Source of the DNA: Octopus sinensis
Lineage: Eukaryota
NCBI RefSeq assembly: GCF_006345805.1
Contig: NC_043014.1
Location: 26,908,001 to 26,972,000 of the forward strand
DNA length: 64,000 nucleotides
Direction: 5' to 3'
Below the pieces are notes generated by a model. It saw only the letters and a list, made by a program, of their open reading frames with translations, was not told where the DNA came from and made no database searches. Each line of letters opens with the position of its first letter. Positions within the stretch are counted from its first letter, which is position 1. Made by a program: the position numbers and the translations under genes. Shown here one piece after another: positions 51,625 to 64,000 of the stretch.

Positions 51625-52167
51625 CTACAAAATAAGAAAAATGGAGAAACATACTTAAATCAATAAAACATCAACTATCAGATGATACCCAATCAATACT
51701 TTATTACACCATTACATATCAGTAAAGGCATTATACAAAATATATAGTAAATATAAATAGACAAGGCTTATAGGTTAAATGAGGTATGACTGCCCTTACT
51801 GCCGAAACAGCTGTCAGATATGATATAATTACATATTATATTTTATATTTATATTTCCTTGTCTATTTATATTTACTATATATTTTGTATAATGCCTTTA
51901 CTGATATGTAATGGTGTAATAAAGTATTGATTGGGTATCATCTGATAGTTGATGTTTTATTGATTTAAGTATGTTTCTCCATTTTCTTATTTTGTAGTAT
52001 TAATTTACGGTAATATTATTACCTTTGCCCATATAATACACTAGATGAACTAATTGCTTGGCAATTTTTAACATCTATGTATTAGTCTTGTTGGGTACCT
52101 ATCTATTGGATATATGTTATCCCATGGTGGGTTGAATTTTTCAACCCCTATCTCATTTTATAACCTA
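51623..52167 (+). mobile_element. Foldback family F, ~144-bp arms, loop retaining the 3' half of the hammerhead
   Basis: 51623-51766 is inverted relative to 51857-51999. GCCGAAACAGCTGTCAGATA at 51801-51820. Shared tail; TA flanks. Confidence 0.85.
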
Positions 52168-52399
52168 TATATATATATATAAGCGTATATATGGGGTTAT
52201 ATGGTTATATGCGATGGCTGAGGTAAATATATGCAAAATAGTATACGAGCATATATAGGAACAAGTATATACAAAAAAGTTTAATAAGAAAAAGAAAATC
52301 ACATTTTCCTAACCAGTCTACGCAGTAATCAACTTTCAAATAATCAAGTTTCAAATATATTCCTCAATGCAATTTTTATCTTATGTAGATATGTAAATT

Positions 52400-52663
<264 letters not shown>

Positions 52664-52749
52664 TACATACACATATACAGACATACATGTATCTGCATGC
52701 ATGTGTGTATGTGTACATGTTTATACCCGCAAAAACACATCCATTTTTA

Positions 52750-53020
52750 TTGTTCACTTGTTTCAATAATTAGACTGCGGCCATGCTGGAGCAGTGCCTC
52801 GAAGAATTTTAGTCGAACGAATCGACCCCATTACTGATTCTTTTTAAGCCTGGTACTTATTCTATCGGTTTCTATATGCACAACAGGCTTCTTTTACTTT
52901 CTGCCTACCACATCCATTCACAAGGCTTTGGTCGGCCCCAGGCTATAGCATAAGGTACAGCACAGTGACACTGAACCTGGGACTATGCGGTTGGGAAGCA
53001 AACTTCATACCACGCAGTCA
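52750..53020 (-). mobile_element. SINE family S1 (internally deleted)
   Basis: Reverse complement of the S1 3' module joined to the S1 5' module. Confidence 0.75.
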
Positions 53021-53149
53021 CAACTGCCCCCCCCCCCACACACACACAACACGCACATACATATACACACATGTAAGCATTTACATATAAAGACACACAT
53101 ATAATACACACACAGACACACACACACATCTAAATTAGACATTGGCTGT

Positions 53150-53490
53150 CAAAATATGGTCCCTGTGCAAGAGACATGTGTTGTAAAGAGTACGGCAGCG
53201 TGGGCGGGAGCAGGGGAACGAGCCGGGTTGCGAGGTTGGGTTAGGAAAGAAACTGCGAACCAGGTGATCACGTAGGTTGTGGGCTCGTTTGAAGGCGGGA
53301 AGGGGTCGGTTAGGGAAGATGTGCGAAGTCGAAGGGTCGGACTGGAGTCGCTGGAAGGCTTGGAGAAGCGTGCGTTGGAGAGGTAGGGTGGAGGAGTGGT
53401 TGGTGAGAGAAAACGAGAGACGGGTGACGGCGGGGCGGGTGTGGGGGAGAGAGCAGATTACACGGTCAACAGAACGTGCTCTGGCAAGGG
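53150..53490 (-). pseudogene. Penelope-like element fragment (RT C-terminus to Cys-rich linker before GIY-YIG)
   Basis: LQRTLLQAFQRLQSDPSTSHIFPNRPLPAFKRAHNLRDHLVRS...GSFPCSRPRCRT matches the PLE F..LQ.D...IF...P...FRR..NLRD.LV.S...C..C pattern. Confidence 0.78.
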
Positions 53491-54214
53491 CGGTGCGGAT
53501 GCATGTATATGTATATATGCACACACAATTATATGTATATGTTTGCTTACACACACGCGCGTACATCTCGAGTGTACATACATACATAATACATACATAC
53601 ATAATACATACATATATACATACATAAATATATATATACATACACACATACATATAAGGGTGCGTGTGTTTAATGTTGAATATTGAAAATAATGGAATCC
53701 CAAAAAATTTTTTGTAACCCCACTTGTTTCGTTTTTCTCTCACTTATCTCCATGTGAAACCGGGATGAAAATTATTTTTATGACCTTTAAATGTTATGTA
53801 TGATTCACATAACACAAAAGATGTTCTCTATCGTCTATTTTAGACAGGTAACTATTTCTTTTTCATTTAAATTAATAGCATACTAAATGCTGCAGATATT
53901 TGAAGGAATTTTTTCTACTCTAGGAATTGGTAGAATTTTTAGGAAAGCGTATGTTATACGTGCAGATCACAATATCGTAAATATTTTCGATTTTGTTTGA
54001 AGAAACATGAATATGTTTGAAGTTTTTGAAATTTGTGTAAATGAAAGGAAGTTACAAAATCGTATACATTAATCTATTTAACTGTCATAAGCAAATCATA
54101 TTATATTTCCATACCTTTAGTATCATATGTATAAAACACACTTATTAAAGAAAGTGCTTACCGAAGTCTTAGTGTTGACGTAAAGATTAATTTATAAAAA
54201 TCATCGAATAACTT

Positions 54215-54268
<54 letters not shown>

Positions 54269-54305
54269 ATGACGATGGCAATAATGATGATAATGATGAT
54301 GATAT

Positions 54306-54342
<37 letters not shown>

Positions 54343-55964
54343 ATCGCCATCAGAATCACTCTGATAAAGAGAAGTTGGAGAAGGAGGAAGAAAAGGAACA
54401 ATATCGTCATCATAATCAAGATGATGTCTTTTACTCCTCCGTTAGGAGGAGTAAAAACAAGCATAATGTCAGTAATGTTACTTCTGATATTCGATGTATC
54501 AAGGTTACCTCAAGAAATCATATATTTTAAAATATCAGTCCATAATCAGCGGCCATATCGCAAATCATAGGTCGTGTGAGGTCATGTCAAACTATGTTAT
54601 TATTGACATGGTTACCATGTCAACAACATTCTCTCTGAATTTGGCATGAATAAACTTTGATGGCGGAAGGAGGGTCCATGTCGTGGTGATGATGTTGGAA
54701 GTCTCCGTGTTGGGCGGGATGTGTAGTGTGCTGTTGTTGTTGTTGTTGTTGTTGGCGGTGGCGGCGGCGATGATGATGATGCCGCTTTTGTTTATCTTGC
54801 AATTTTTCCTCTTGAGCATGAAAAGGAAATTTGGGTTGCAATTTCTATCAAATCGAGAAACCATGTAAATGCGTGGTGAGCTGTGGGTAGTTATAATGTT
54901 GTTATTGTTGGTGTATATGATGATGTCGATTGTGGTAGCGGCAGTGGCGGCGAGAAGGCTGTTTGGTGAAGCTGTTTTTGATGGTAAGTTATGGTTCGGA
55001 TGGTAATTAATGTTCAGACGCCAGTATACATTGTTGTTGTCGTTGTTGCTGCCGCTAAGCATGTGTTCGACGCACCAACGTCTTCTGCCAGCTCGTCGTC
55101 TTTTTATGATTATGATAAGGAGAGTAATTTGCGTAAAAGTGGTTCTGATGTCATTACTGCCTGCAGTGAAGGTACTGGTGTGATTTTTATGAGCGCAGGA
55201 TGGCTGAGTACTTAAGAAATTTACTTTGCAATCAGGAGGTTCTGGGTTCGATGTCACTTTGTGACATCTTTGGAGAAAGAGTCTTTTACTATGGTCTCGA
55301 ATCGACCCAAGACTTGTGAATCAAATGGAGTAGGAAGAAATTGTGCGAAATCTCACCTGGTGGGTTGTATCAGTAATTCAAAGAAGGTAATGTCGTGGAA
55401 TTCTACCTGAGAATTACATTAAAGGTATCTGTGGAATGCTCAGCCACTTGTGTATAAATGTAGTGAGAAGGTATCTCGACTAATCTGATAACTGAATCTT
55501 CATCGGGAAACTGACGAAAGATCATAATCCTCATCCTCATCATCGTCATCGTCACTATCATCACCACCACCACTTCCTCCTTAAGGTCTAAGAGCTGAGC
55601 CATCCCCCCTCTTAGCCACCAAGGACTTCTGTTTAGTCATTCCATCAGCTAGAAATAGCAAGTAAATGCCCCTTAACTGTTTGTCTGCGTAAAACATGCG
55701 TACGTTGTAATCTTATGCATGTATGCATGTATACATGTATGCATCTCCCCAACCAGTACCACACACTACCGCCGCCGCCGCTGCCACCATCACCACCACC
55801 ACCAACAATAACAACATCAGTCCCTTCTCTCTTAAAAAGAATGTAATCCAGAATACACTGTCGGGCATAAAAAAGGCAGGATGGTCATGACTAGAATGAC
55901 TTTGATTAGAGCTGACCTGAGATTTAAGTACCACTGAACAACTTGCGTCTTACACTTTACTGCT

Positions 55965-56022
<58 letters not shown>

Positions 56023-57628
56023 TCTCTCTCCTATTTCTTGCTTTCCCTGTCTCTCCTTCTCTTTCACTCTCTTTTACTCTCTCTCCTTTCTTCTGCACGA
56101 AACTTTCCCTATTCATCCAGAAACCTACCAACGATGCCACCCCAATTTACAAGAAGCTAGGACACACTTCCTGCCTTTCTGTTTCCTCTCAGTTCAGCCA
56201 TTCAAGACTTCAAGACTTTCTAAAGAGATGTTAAACCAAACTTCACTCACGCATCCAGCCAACTTCTCTCATCCTATTGCCTGTCTAGTTCGTTGACAGG
56301 CTATGGGCACATCCCTTTCCCTGAAGAATACACCCTTCCGATTTGCATACACACACACATGCACACACACACACGCACACACATAATACATACATACATA
56401 CATACATACATGTGTGTTTGTGTGTATATATGTGAGTGTAAGTATATGTGTATGTATATATGCTTATATACATATACACACACACACACTCACACACACA
56501 TACACACATACATATATATACATCCGTACATATACACACATACAAATGTGCGTGTGTGCATGTATGTACCTATGTGTATTTGTGTATACATACATACATA
56601 CATACATACATACATACATACATACATACATACATACATACATACATGCATACATACATACATACATACATACATAATTGCCACTATATTACCGAGCAGG
56701 AATAGACAGTATCCTGTCTGTCATAAACACATGCTACTCTACGTATGCACTCATACAGCGTTCCTCTGTGTTCATTTACATATGTGTATTATTCTGTGTA
56801 TGGGCGTGTGTTACAGTCTTAATCATTATGCATGCACCTCCGTCACCACCAACACCACCACTAACCAGCTTCACCATCAATCTACATCCTCTTCTTCCTC
56901 ATGCTCATTATTTCCGTCATCCTAATTACTATCCCTATCCTATCACTCTATCTCATCCTCCACTTTTTCACCTCATACTTCTCATCAAGATTATAAGTAT
57001 AAAGATGAGGACCAGGACTAACTAGTATGAGCTTAAGATTCTGAAGAGATTCTAGTCCAATTGTTAGAAGCGAACGAATGACATTTTGGGACTGTGGCCC
57101 AAACCTACAGTGCGCTAAGTAGCATGACTATGATGCGTCTATAATGACTATATGTCCTGGTGGTGTTTGACCAGAGGGTAAAGATGAATAAGAATTAATT
57201 CTGTAATGAAATCATTCTATTGTTCCAGTCCCGATTTGAATTCCCACTGCTGGCCAATTTGTCCCAATGTTCTTCTTATCTCGACGTAAAATTAACGGAG
57301 CGAATGTCATTTATCTCCTCCTTGATCTCCGATGTCATCTGACAAACGTCAACCAAGATGGCATGAATCAGTCAAGCTTTACCTGCTAGAAATAGCAATC
57401 TAAATGCTTTTAAATCAGATCCCAACGCTGGATGTTCAAGAATCAAATGAAGGGCAAATTTTCAATCCCGAGATCATCCTGATTCTAGAAATGGTATAAT
57501 GTCTATGTAGAGCAAATATTATTTCAGACGGACAGACAATTTTGAATTTTTTACTATTATTATTATTATTATTATTATTGAGTGAGAGAGCAGTGCATGC
57601 CATCAAAGTGTATTATTATTATTATTAT

Positions 57629-57985
57629 TTTTCTTCTTTCTTCAAATTTTCTTCCGTTTCTCGCCGAGTGTTTTCCGTACACCTAGGGTAGAGAAGCTCA
57701 TTGTATGCATTCCCAGATTACACCCACAAATTCACAGGTAAAACATGTATTTAAAAAAATTAATAAATAAATAAATACATGAATGGATGTTGTTTTCACA
57801 GCGATAATGCTCTTCTCAGTACATGAGTTGTTCCAGTTAACATGATTTTTTGCACTTCCGCTAGAGATGGTAAGCCTGGTATCATTTTCAAATAGGTTTC
57901 AGTGCCTTTTTTTTTTATCATTCCTAGAGATCCTCCAATCACTTGTACTGTAGTCGCCTTGAGATGCCACATTTTTTCAATTTCT
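57629..57985 (-). mobile_element. R4/Dong family A, heavily 5'-truncated copy
   Basis: Homologous to 5325-5690; (AAT)n flanks. Confidence 0.85.
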
Positions 57986-58019
57986 ATTATTATTTTTCAA
58001 TTTTCAATTTTTAAATTTC

Positions 58020-58076
<57 letters not shown>

Positions 58077-58079
58077 GAA

Positions 58080-58275
58080 CTGACATTCCGTCGGCTACGA
58101 CAACGAGGATTCCAGTTGATCCGATTAACGGATCAGCCTACTCGTGAAATTAACATGCCAGTGGCTGAGCTCTCCACAGACATGCGCATCCTTTATGTAG
58201 TTCTCAGGTAGACACAAAGTGTGATAAGGCTGGCCCTTTGAAATACAGGTACTACTCACTTGTACCAGGTGAGTG
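58080..58275. mobile_element. SINE-like interspersed repeat fragment
   Basis: Partially matched in reverse at ~55390-55460. Confidence 0.5.
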
Positions 58276-58449
58276 TACTGAAGCAATGTGAAGTACATAC
58301 ATACATACATACATACATACATACATACATACATACATACATGCATGCATGCATGCATACATACATACATACATACATACATACATACATACATACATAC
58401 ATGCATGCATGCATGCATGCATACATACATACATACATACATACATACA

Positions 58450-58480
<31 letters not shown>

Positions 58481-59260
58481 GCACACATATAAATTGAGAG
58501 AAAGAGAGAAATAATGATACAAATATCACATTTTAACGGCTGATGGTCGAGTTGATAAAAAATACTGGTTTGAGTAAAACTGCATGTATAGATAAAGGAA
58601 GAACGACGAAACCAGGATTAAGTTCGACGATTTATTCAACCCGGTAAGATACATTCAGACGGCAAAGCTGGAGAGATACGTCTTGAAGGATTGGTCAGAA
58701 TATATACACAATGGTTTAATATGCAGATAGTACCTAATGATGATATATGCGATGTAGAATAGGAAAACAAATAAGAGACGTAACTTCTGCTGTAGGAGAG
58801 GAACAACGTACGCGTCAAAGGATACCTGTGAAAATAATCTTGCTCTCTGCTGAAAATCCGAACAGGTGCAAAACCCACCTGACTGAGAAAAGAGCAGGAA
58901 AAGCTTCCTTAAATAGCTGAAGGTAGCGCGCTTGGTTGGTCGATCATGTGATGGGGTGGACAGCCCGCGTAAAGCTAGAGGGACTCGACCATCAAATGAT
59001 GAGTGAAAATGTGGGTAAAGAGCCAAACTGTGAACATGCTTGCAACAAAACACACTTGGCCTTGCTATATAAAATATGCATACATATACACGTGTAAATT
59101 TATATAAGGATATATATATAGAGAGAGAAACAAAAACTGAAAATATCCTGATGAACATTCATGTATAGGTATATAGATATATATTTACAGAATAGACTTA
59201 TGGAATACTAAAGATACAGAAAACTGGGAGAAGAGGGCATGGCACTTCAACAATTTCATG

Positions 59261-59398
59261 CCCGACAACAATTTCTGGGAGGCCACAATTACGCAATAGT
59301 AATATGTTAGCAGACGGAATGTGCACAAAGTCAAGAATATGCAGCAAGTAGTGGATGCATATAAACAGTACTGTAAATCCAGCCTCCTTCTTCAGGGG
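59261..59398 (-). ncRNA. Degenerate hammerhead ribozyme with ~95-nt loop II
   Basis: CCC-CUGAAGA-A-GGAGG-[loop]-CCUCC-CA-GAAA-UUGUUG-UC-GGG. Confidence 0.5.
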
Positions 59399-59478
59399 GA
59401 AGAGATTGGCATCTAACTGAGTATATGCTTCTGTATTTAAGAGATGAGGAATTATGTACATTATTTACGTATGCCCAC

Positions 59479-59744
59479 GGGTATATGACGTAGTGGTTAA
59501 AAGCGCAGGCTACTAACCCCAATATTCCGAGTTCGATTCCAAGCAATGACGTGAATAACAACAACAACAACAACAACAATAATAATAATAGTAACATCGA
59601 AAAATACCTTTGGAATGAGAACCAATGTTCGAAATTTCCCCAACATACCTGATGAAGGCTGGAGGGTATATCGGCCGAAACGTTGTGTTAACAACAAACG
59701 AGATGAGGACAAATATCCGTCAAATGTAAATAATGTAAATAATG
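59479..59744 (+). mobile_element. tRNA-headed SINE-like element carrying a hammerhead ribozyme
   Basis: A box TGACGTAGTGG (59486-59496), B box GAGTTCGATTCC (59529-59540), (AAC/AAT)n linker, hammerhead at 59645-59688, tandem AATGTAAAT tail. Confidence 0.7.
59645..59688 (+). ncRNA. Minimal type I hammerhead ribozyme
   Basis: AUAC-CUGAUGA-A-GGCUG-GAGGGUAUAU-CGGCC-GAA-ACGU-U-GUGU. 5-bp stem II, palindromic ACGU stem III, 4-bp stem I with one wobble. Confidence 0.72.
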
Positions 59745-60000
59745 AGTATATGCGTCCACTACTGGTTGTATATTCTTGATTTTTTGCACACTCCATCTGC
59801 CAACATTTCAGATATTACGTAATTCCGAGCCTTTAGAAACAGCTGTCAGACCCGAAATGCTATAATTTCTTCCCTTAGTTTTCTGTATTTTTTGTACTCC
59901 AAGTAAATCTGATCTGTAAACATATAAATATTTATATGCTTATAAATGAATGTTCATCTTCTGAATATTTTCAGTTTTTGTTTCTCTCTCTTCCCCCCTC

Positions 60001-60076
<76 letters not shown>

Positions 60077-60504
60077 GATCCCTATATATACTTATATGTA
60101 TATATGCATGCATATTTTATATATCAAAACCAAAAACGTGTTTATTTGCTTGTTTGCATCATTATCTTCATCTCAGCTCGCCTGGATTCCTTATATAACC
60201 ACTCTTTACCCCCCACGGTCTTACTACTCGATAAAGACTTCGGAGTATAAATTCAAATCATTTGAGCGCTACATATTTTCTATATTGAGCATCTCTGAAT
60301 CTCACCTGTCGACGATATATATAGGGAGTATGCTGACGACAGGAATTTCTGTCAAAGAGACATGGTTAAACAATGTTGTACATTATCTCTCTCTTTCTCT
60401 CTTATACCCACTCCTTCTCTCTCTGTCATTATTACTCCCAGGGCCACCACCAACACTACTACTTTTGATAAAACATCATCAACTCTCCTTAAATTTCTTT
60501 GTCG

Positions 60505-60565
<61 letters not shown>

Positions 60566-60861
60566 TCTCTCTGTGTCTTTGCCACCGACCTCACCGTCTC
60601 TATGCCTACTATTACTCCCACCCCATTATAAGGAATAGAAGGAGTGTCATTGAATAGTGAGAGAGGGGGTTTAAATGTGACACACTGACACACAGAAATT
60701 AGTTTTCGCATTTATTATATATTTGATATATGTATTGTGTATGTGTGCGTGTATGCTTATTTACATATATATATAAATATATGTGCATGTGTGCATGTGC
60801 ACCTGCGTGTGCGTATGTATATGCATGCTTCTGTGTGTGTGTGTGTGCGTGCGTGTGTGTG

Positions 60862-60920
<59 letters not shown>

Positions 60921-61618
60921 TCGATTTCGCTTAATTGTAGAGTTTCTGTGATTGAAGTTTTAATGCAATAAACCGGAGTGTGCAGTTACGAAATTTTAGA
61001 TGATATTATCAATAGAATAAGCTATTGTTGCTATGTATGAACTGTATAAAATAAAATACAAGAATAAAACTTGATAAAAAAAAAATCGTTTTTACTTATA
61101 GTAAAATCTATATGTTTTTTTTTTATAAATGTGAAGAAATATCGGTTTGAAGCAGCAAGAACTAATATCTGTTTGTTTAATGTATTGGAAAATTATCACA
61201 GATGGACTTGTTCACCTTCAAATGATGCATTTAAACGATCTATAACAAATTTCCTGAACAAAAAAGAAACAAAAGCAATAAGTTATAATTGTTATTATTT
61301 CATTTTTACTTTATTTATTTGTTCATTTATTTATTTATTATTTGAGTTTTGGGTTTGTTTGCTTTTTTTTTTTTTTTTTTTAGATAGAATGTGTTGCTTT
61401 CGTTTGTTCAAGTATCCAGTTATTTATTTCTATTAAAATTCTACAGTGATAAACTTGTAGCTTGCTCGAGTATAAAATTCTGAAATTTAAAATGTCACTC
61501 TGATATCCAGCTGATGTTGATTCGCACAACTCTCCAACAACAACGATGACGACCACACACAAACACACGCGCGCGCGCACGTACACAAACACACACACAC
61601 CACACACACACACACACG

Positions 61619-61696
<78 letters not shown>

Positions 61697-61706
61697 TATA
61701 TATATA

Positions 61707-62067
61707 CTAGCTGAAGGTGACCCGCTCTACGCGCGGGTAAGAGTGTGGTTGTTACTTTCTGTTGCTTCCTTTCAGCACGTAAAAAGCACCATCCGAACGT
61801 GGCCGATTGCAACGCCGCCTTGACTGGCTTCTGTGCCGGTGGCACGTAAAAAGCACCAACCGATCGTTGCCGCAGTGAGTCCCCCTGGCACCTGTGCCGG
61901 CGGCACGAAAAAAGCACCCACTACACTCACAGAGTGGTTGGCGTTAGGAAGGTCATCCACCTGTAGAAACACTGCCAGATCAGACTGGAGCCTGGTGCAG
62001 CCTCCTGGCTTCCCAGACCCCGGTCACACTGTCCAAGCCGTGCTAGCACGGAAAACGGACGTTAAAC

Positions 62068-62101
<34 letters not shown>

Positions 62102-62908
62102 CCTCCTTTCTCTCCCACTTTCTCTGTTACTCTTCCTTTCTCTCGGACTCTCCCTCGTTTTCTCTTACTCTCTATCTTTATCTATCTCTCCCATTTATAA
62201 ACAGCAAAAGATCTTGAGTAAGTTGAGAAATAAAATATTTAGAAAGATCAATCATAAATATCCGGCAGTAACAACGGAAAGGTCTGCTTCAAGGCAGACA
62301 GCAAAACACTAACATTTAAAAGGGACAGACGAACTTGCGAGCTGAATAAAAATAATAAAATATTGGAAACCAAAGTTTGAAGGGATAGAATTTGAGGATA
62401 GTAGAGTCACCATGGCTGGCATTTCTTAACGACGGACAGCAACGTATTGACAGTTTAACGGCTGGCGTAAAATTTTGAACTTGATGTAAAAGAAAATCCC
62501 TAAACACCAAGTTTTGAATTGATTCTTTCTCACGACAGTAGACTCACCATGGCAAGCATTCAAAACTTCTTCATCATGGACGGCAACATATTGACGATTA
62601 AAAGGCTGGCGCAAATTTTTTAGCTTGACGTAACAGAGAATTGCTAAACACCCGCTCCTTTAAATTTTAATCCCCTTCAAGCCCCATTTAGACCCCTTTT
62701 CACATTTTGGTTAACATAACCCGATTTCATTCGGGTCTACTGGGGCCACATTTTATAAGATGTTGAATTTTGTCCTAGAGGTCACGCCTTTCATTTGAGG
62801 AAAATATAGTTGTCATGCAAACTTGCCAGCACTTTTAACATAGATGTGCATACTTTCAGCTCAACCGACCACATAATGCACACATTATATATATGTATAT
62901 GTGTGTGT

Positions 62909-62986
<78 letters not shown>

Positions 62987-63755
62987 GGAGTCTCTCTCAT
63001 ACGTGAGCGTTGACGCTGAATTCGACTGGTAAGCAGGTAACCTTGTCTTTGTTGAAATAGTTGTGAGCTGTTGGAGTTATTTCTCTGACGGGTAATAAGA
63101 ATTTCCATATCCTCCGAGGAAACGAACTGTTGACCCAGACAATTAGAATTAATTTTAATAAAAGCATCAATTTAAGAAAAAATAATAAAGTAGTAAAAAA
63201 TGAAAATTAGCACGAAAAATTTGCAGGGTTCTAAATAAATGTTAAAATGTAATAGATACGAAAAACCTATGTTATCACCAGAACACGAACGCTGGTTGGT
63301 GTGTTCTGTTTGTATTTGGTCGATCGGCGCGTTGACAGGTAGACAATAGAATGCGATGGCGATTGCGATGGAATATTTGTTTCTCTCTATGAATGCAGAC
63401 AGATACATAAGTGAAAGTTATGGGAAGGTAAGAAATAGAGTGAGTAAAAATGTGCTGGGAAGAGAGGAAATAGCGAGAGTGAGTTGAGGAAGAGACAGAT
63501 ACGTTAAATAACGGGAGTGGACTTATCAAAGTTATAAATGAAGGGGAGTTAGAGGGGAATGGAGGAAATAGCGTGAGTGAGGAAGATGGCCCCTAGCAAC
63601 CACACCTTTTAAGATAGGGATTTCTAAGGTAGCCCACGGGCATCGTCACCTCATTTTACATGTCCCTGTAAATTTTGGAGCGAATCGGACGGGATGTAGT
63701 GGCATTGAAAGCGAGCCAAGCGGTAAAAACGCATTTCAGTTTTATATATAGAAGA
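61707..63755 (-). mobile_element. Non-autonomous Helitron, 2049 bp, with nested insertions
   Basis: Minus-strand 5' A/TCTTCTATATATAAAA. 3' hairpin ACCCGC-GCGTAGA-GCGGGT, 9 nt, then CTAG/T. Inserted at AT within (TA)n, no target duplication. Confidence 0.8.
61775..62097 (+). mobile_element. RTE-tail SINE (family S3) with internal repeat array and (GAT)n tail, nested in the Helitron
   Basis: Three GTGCCGGTGGCACGTAAAAAGCACC-type units; ends CGGAAAACGGACGTTAAAC(GAT)n. Confidence 0.8.
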
Positions 63756-64000
63756 TATATATATATATATATAGGATATTTTTAGTTGGTCTCTTAAAGA
63801 ATCTTCTCTTAAGTCTAAGGCCAGTTGCTTTGTTGCTGTTGTTGGTGGTGCTGTTTAGCCCCAGGTCAACTCTAATTAGTAACCTAAGGATAAAAGCCAT
63901 TCTAACCGTGACCATCCCGCCTATCTTAGGGGTACCTAGAATTACATTACCGAGTGTATCATTTCCTATTTTACGACTGTAGGATGTGATCTGAGGGAAA

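Larger units (their letters stand above)
59192..59903. mobile_element. Old diverged foldback element with a hammerhead remnant, interrupted centrally by a younger element
   Basis: 59285-59362 pairs with 59746-59822, and 59192-59225 pairs with 59866-59903, with scattered mismatches. Confidence 0.65.

Noticed and set aside
54200-55900. Gln/His/Ala-rich ORFs (54620-54841, 54592-55257, 54991-55215) as host exons
   Set aside because: Built from mixed trinucleotide repeats, with in-frame stops nearby and no recognisable domain or convincing splice sites.
58860-58920. CTGACTGAG...GCTTCC as a ribozyme variant
   Set aside because: Core does not fit the hammerhead consensus.

Overview
AT-rich eukaryotic DNA, dense in microsatellites and transposons. 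The SINE families and repeat landscape look like an octopus (coleoid cephalopod) genome; this is an inference from pattern recognition, not a search. I find no intact host protein-coding gene. Most ORFs in the track are translated microsatellites or antisense shadows of transposons. Recognisable elements: (1) several families of R4/Dong-clade non-LTR retrotransposons (RT + CCHC + restriction-like endonuclease), mostly in (AAT)n tracts, including a near full-length decayed copy at 45.9-49.9 kb; (2) RTE-clade LINE fragments; (3) Tc1 and mariner transposase relics; (4) a hAT MITE with an 8-bp target duplication; (5) a 2-kb non-autonomous Helitron with canonical ends; (6) two Penelope-like (PLE) protein fragments; (7) many tRNA-derived SINEs. 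The most notable signal is a set of short non-coding foldback elements, mostly flanked by (TA)n, that carry minimal type I hammerhead ribozyme motifs. Two of these motifs are intact or nearly intact (26.9 and 36.3 kb), three are decayed (0.9, 35.7 and 59.3 kb), and a sixth lies in a tRNA-headed SINE-like unit (59.5-59.7 kb) nested inside one of the foldbacks. Other oddities are a 579-bp inverted templated insertion, an A-B-A-B-C-B-C duplication with junctions in microsatellites, an apparent CpG-depletion boundary near 24.4 kb, and candidate minus-strand micro-exons.
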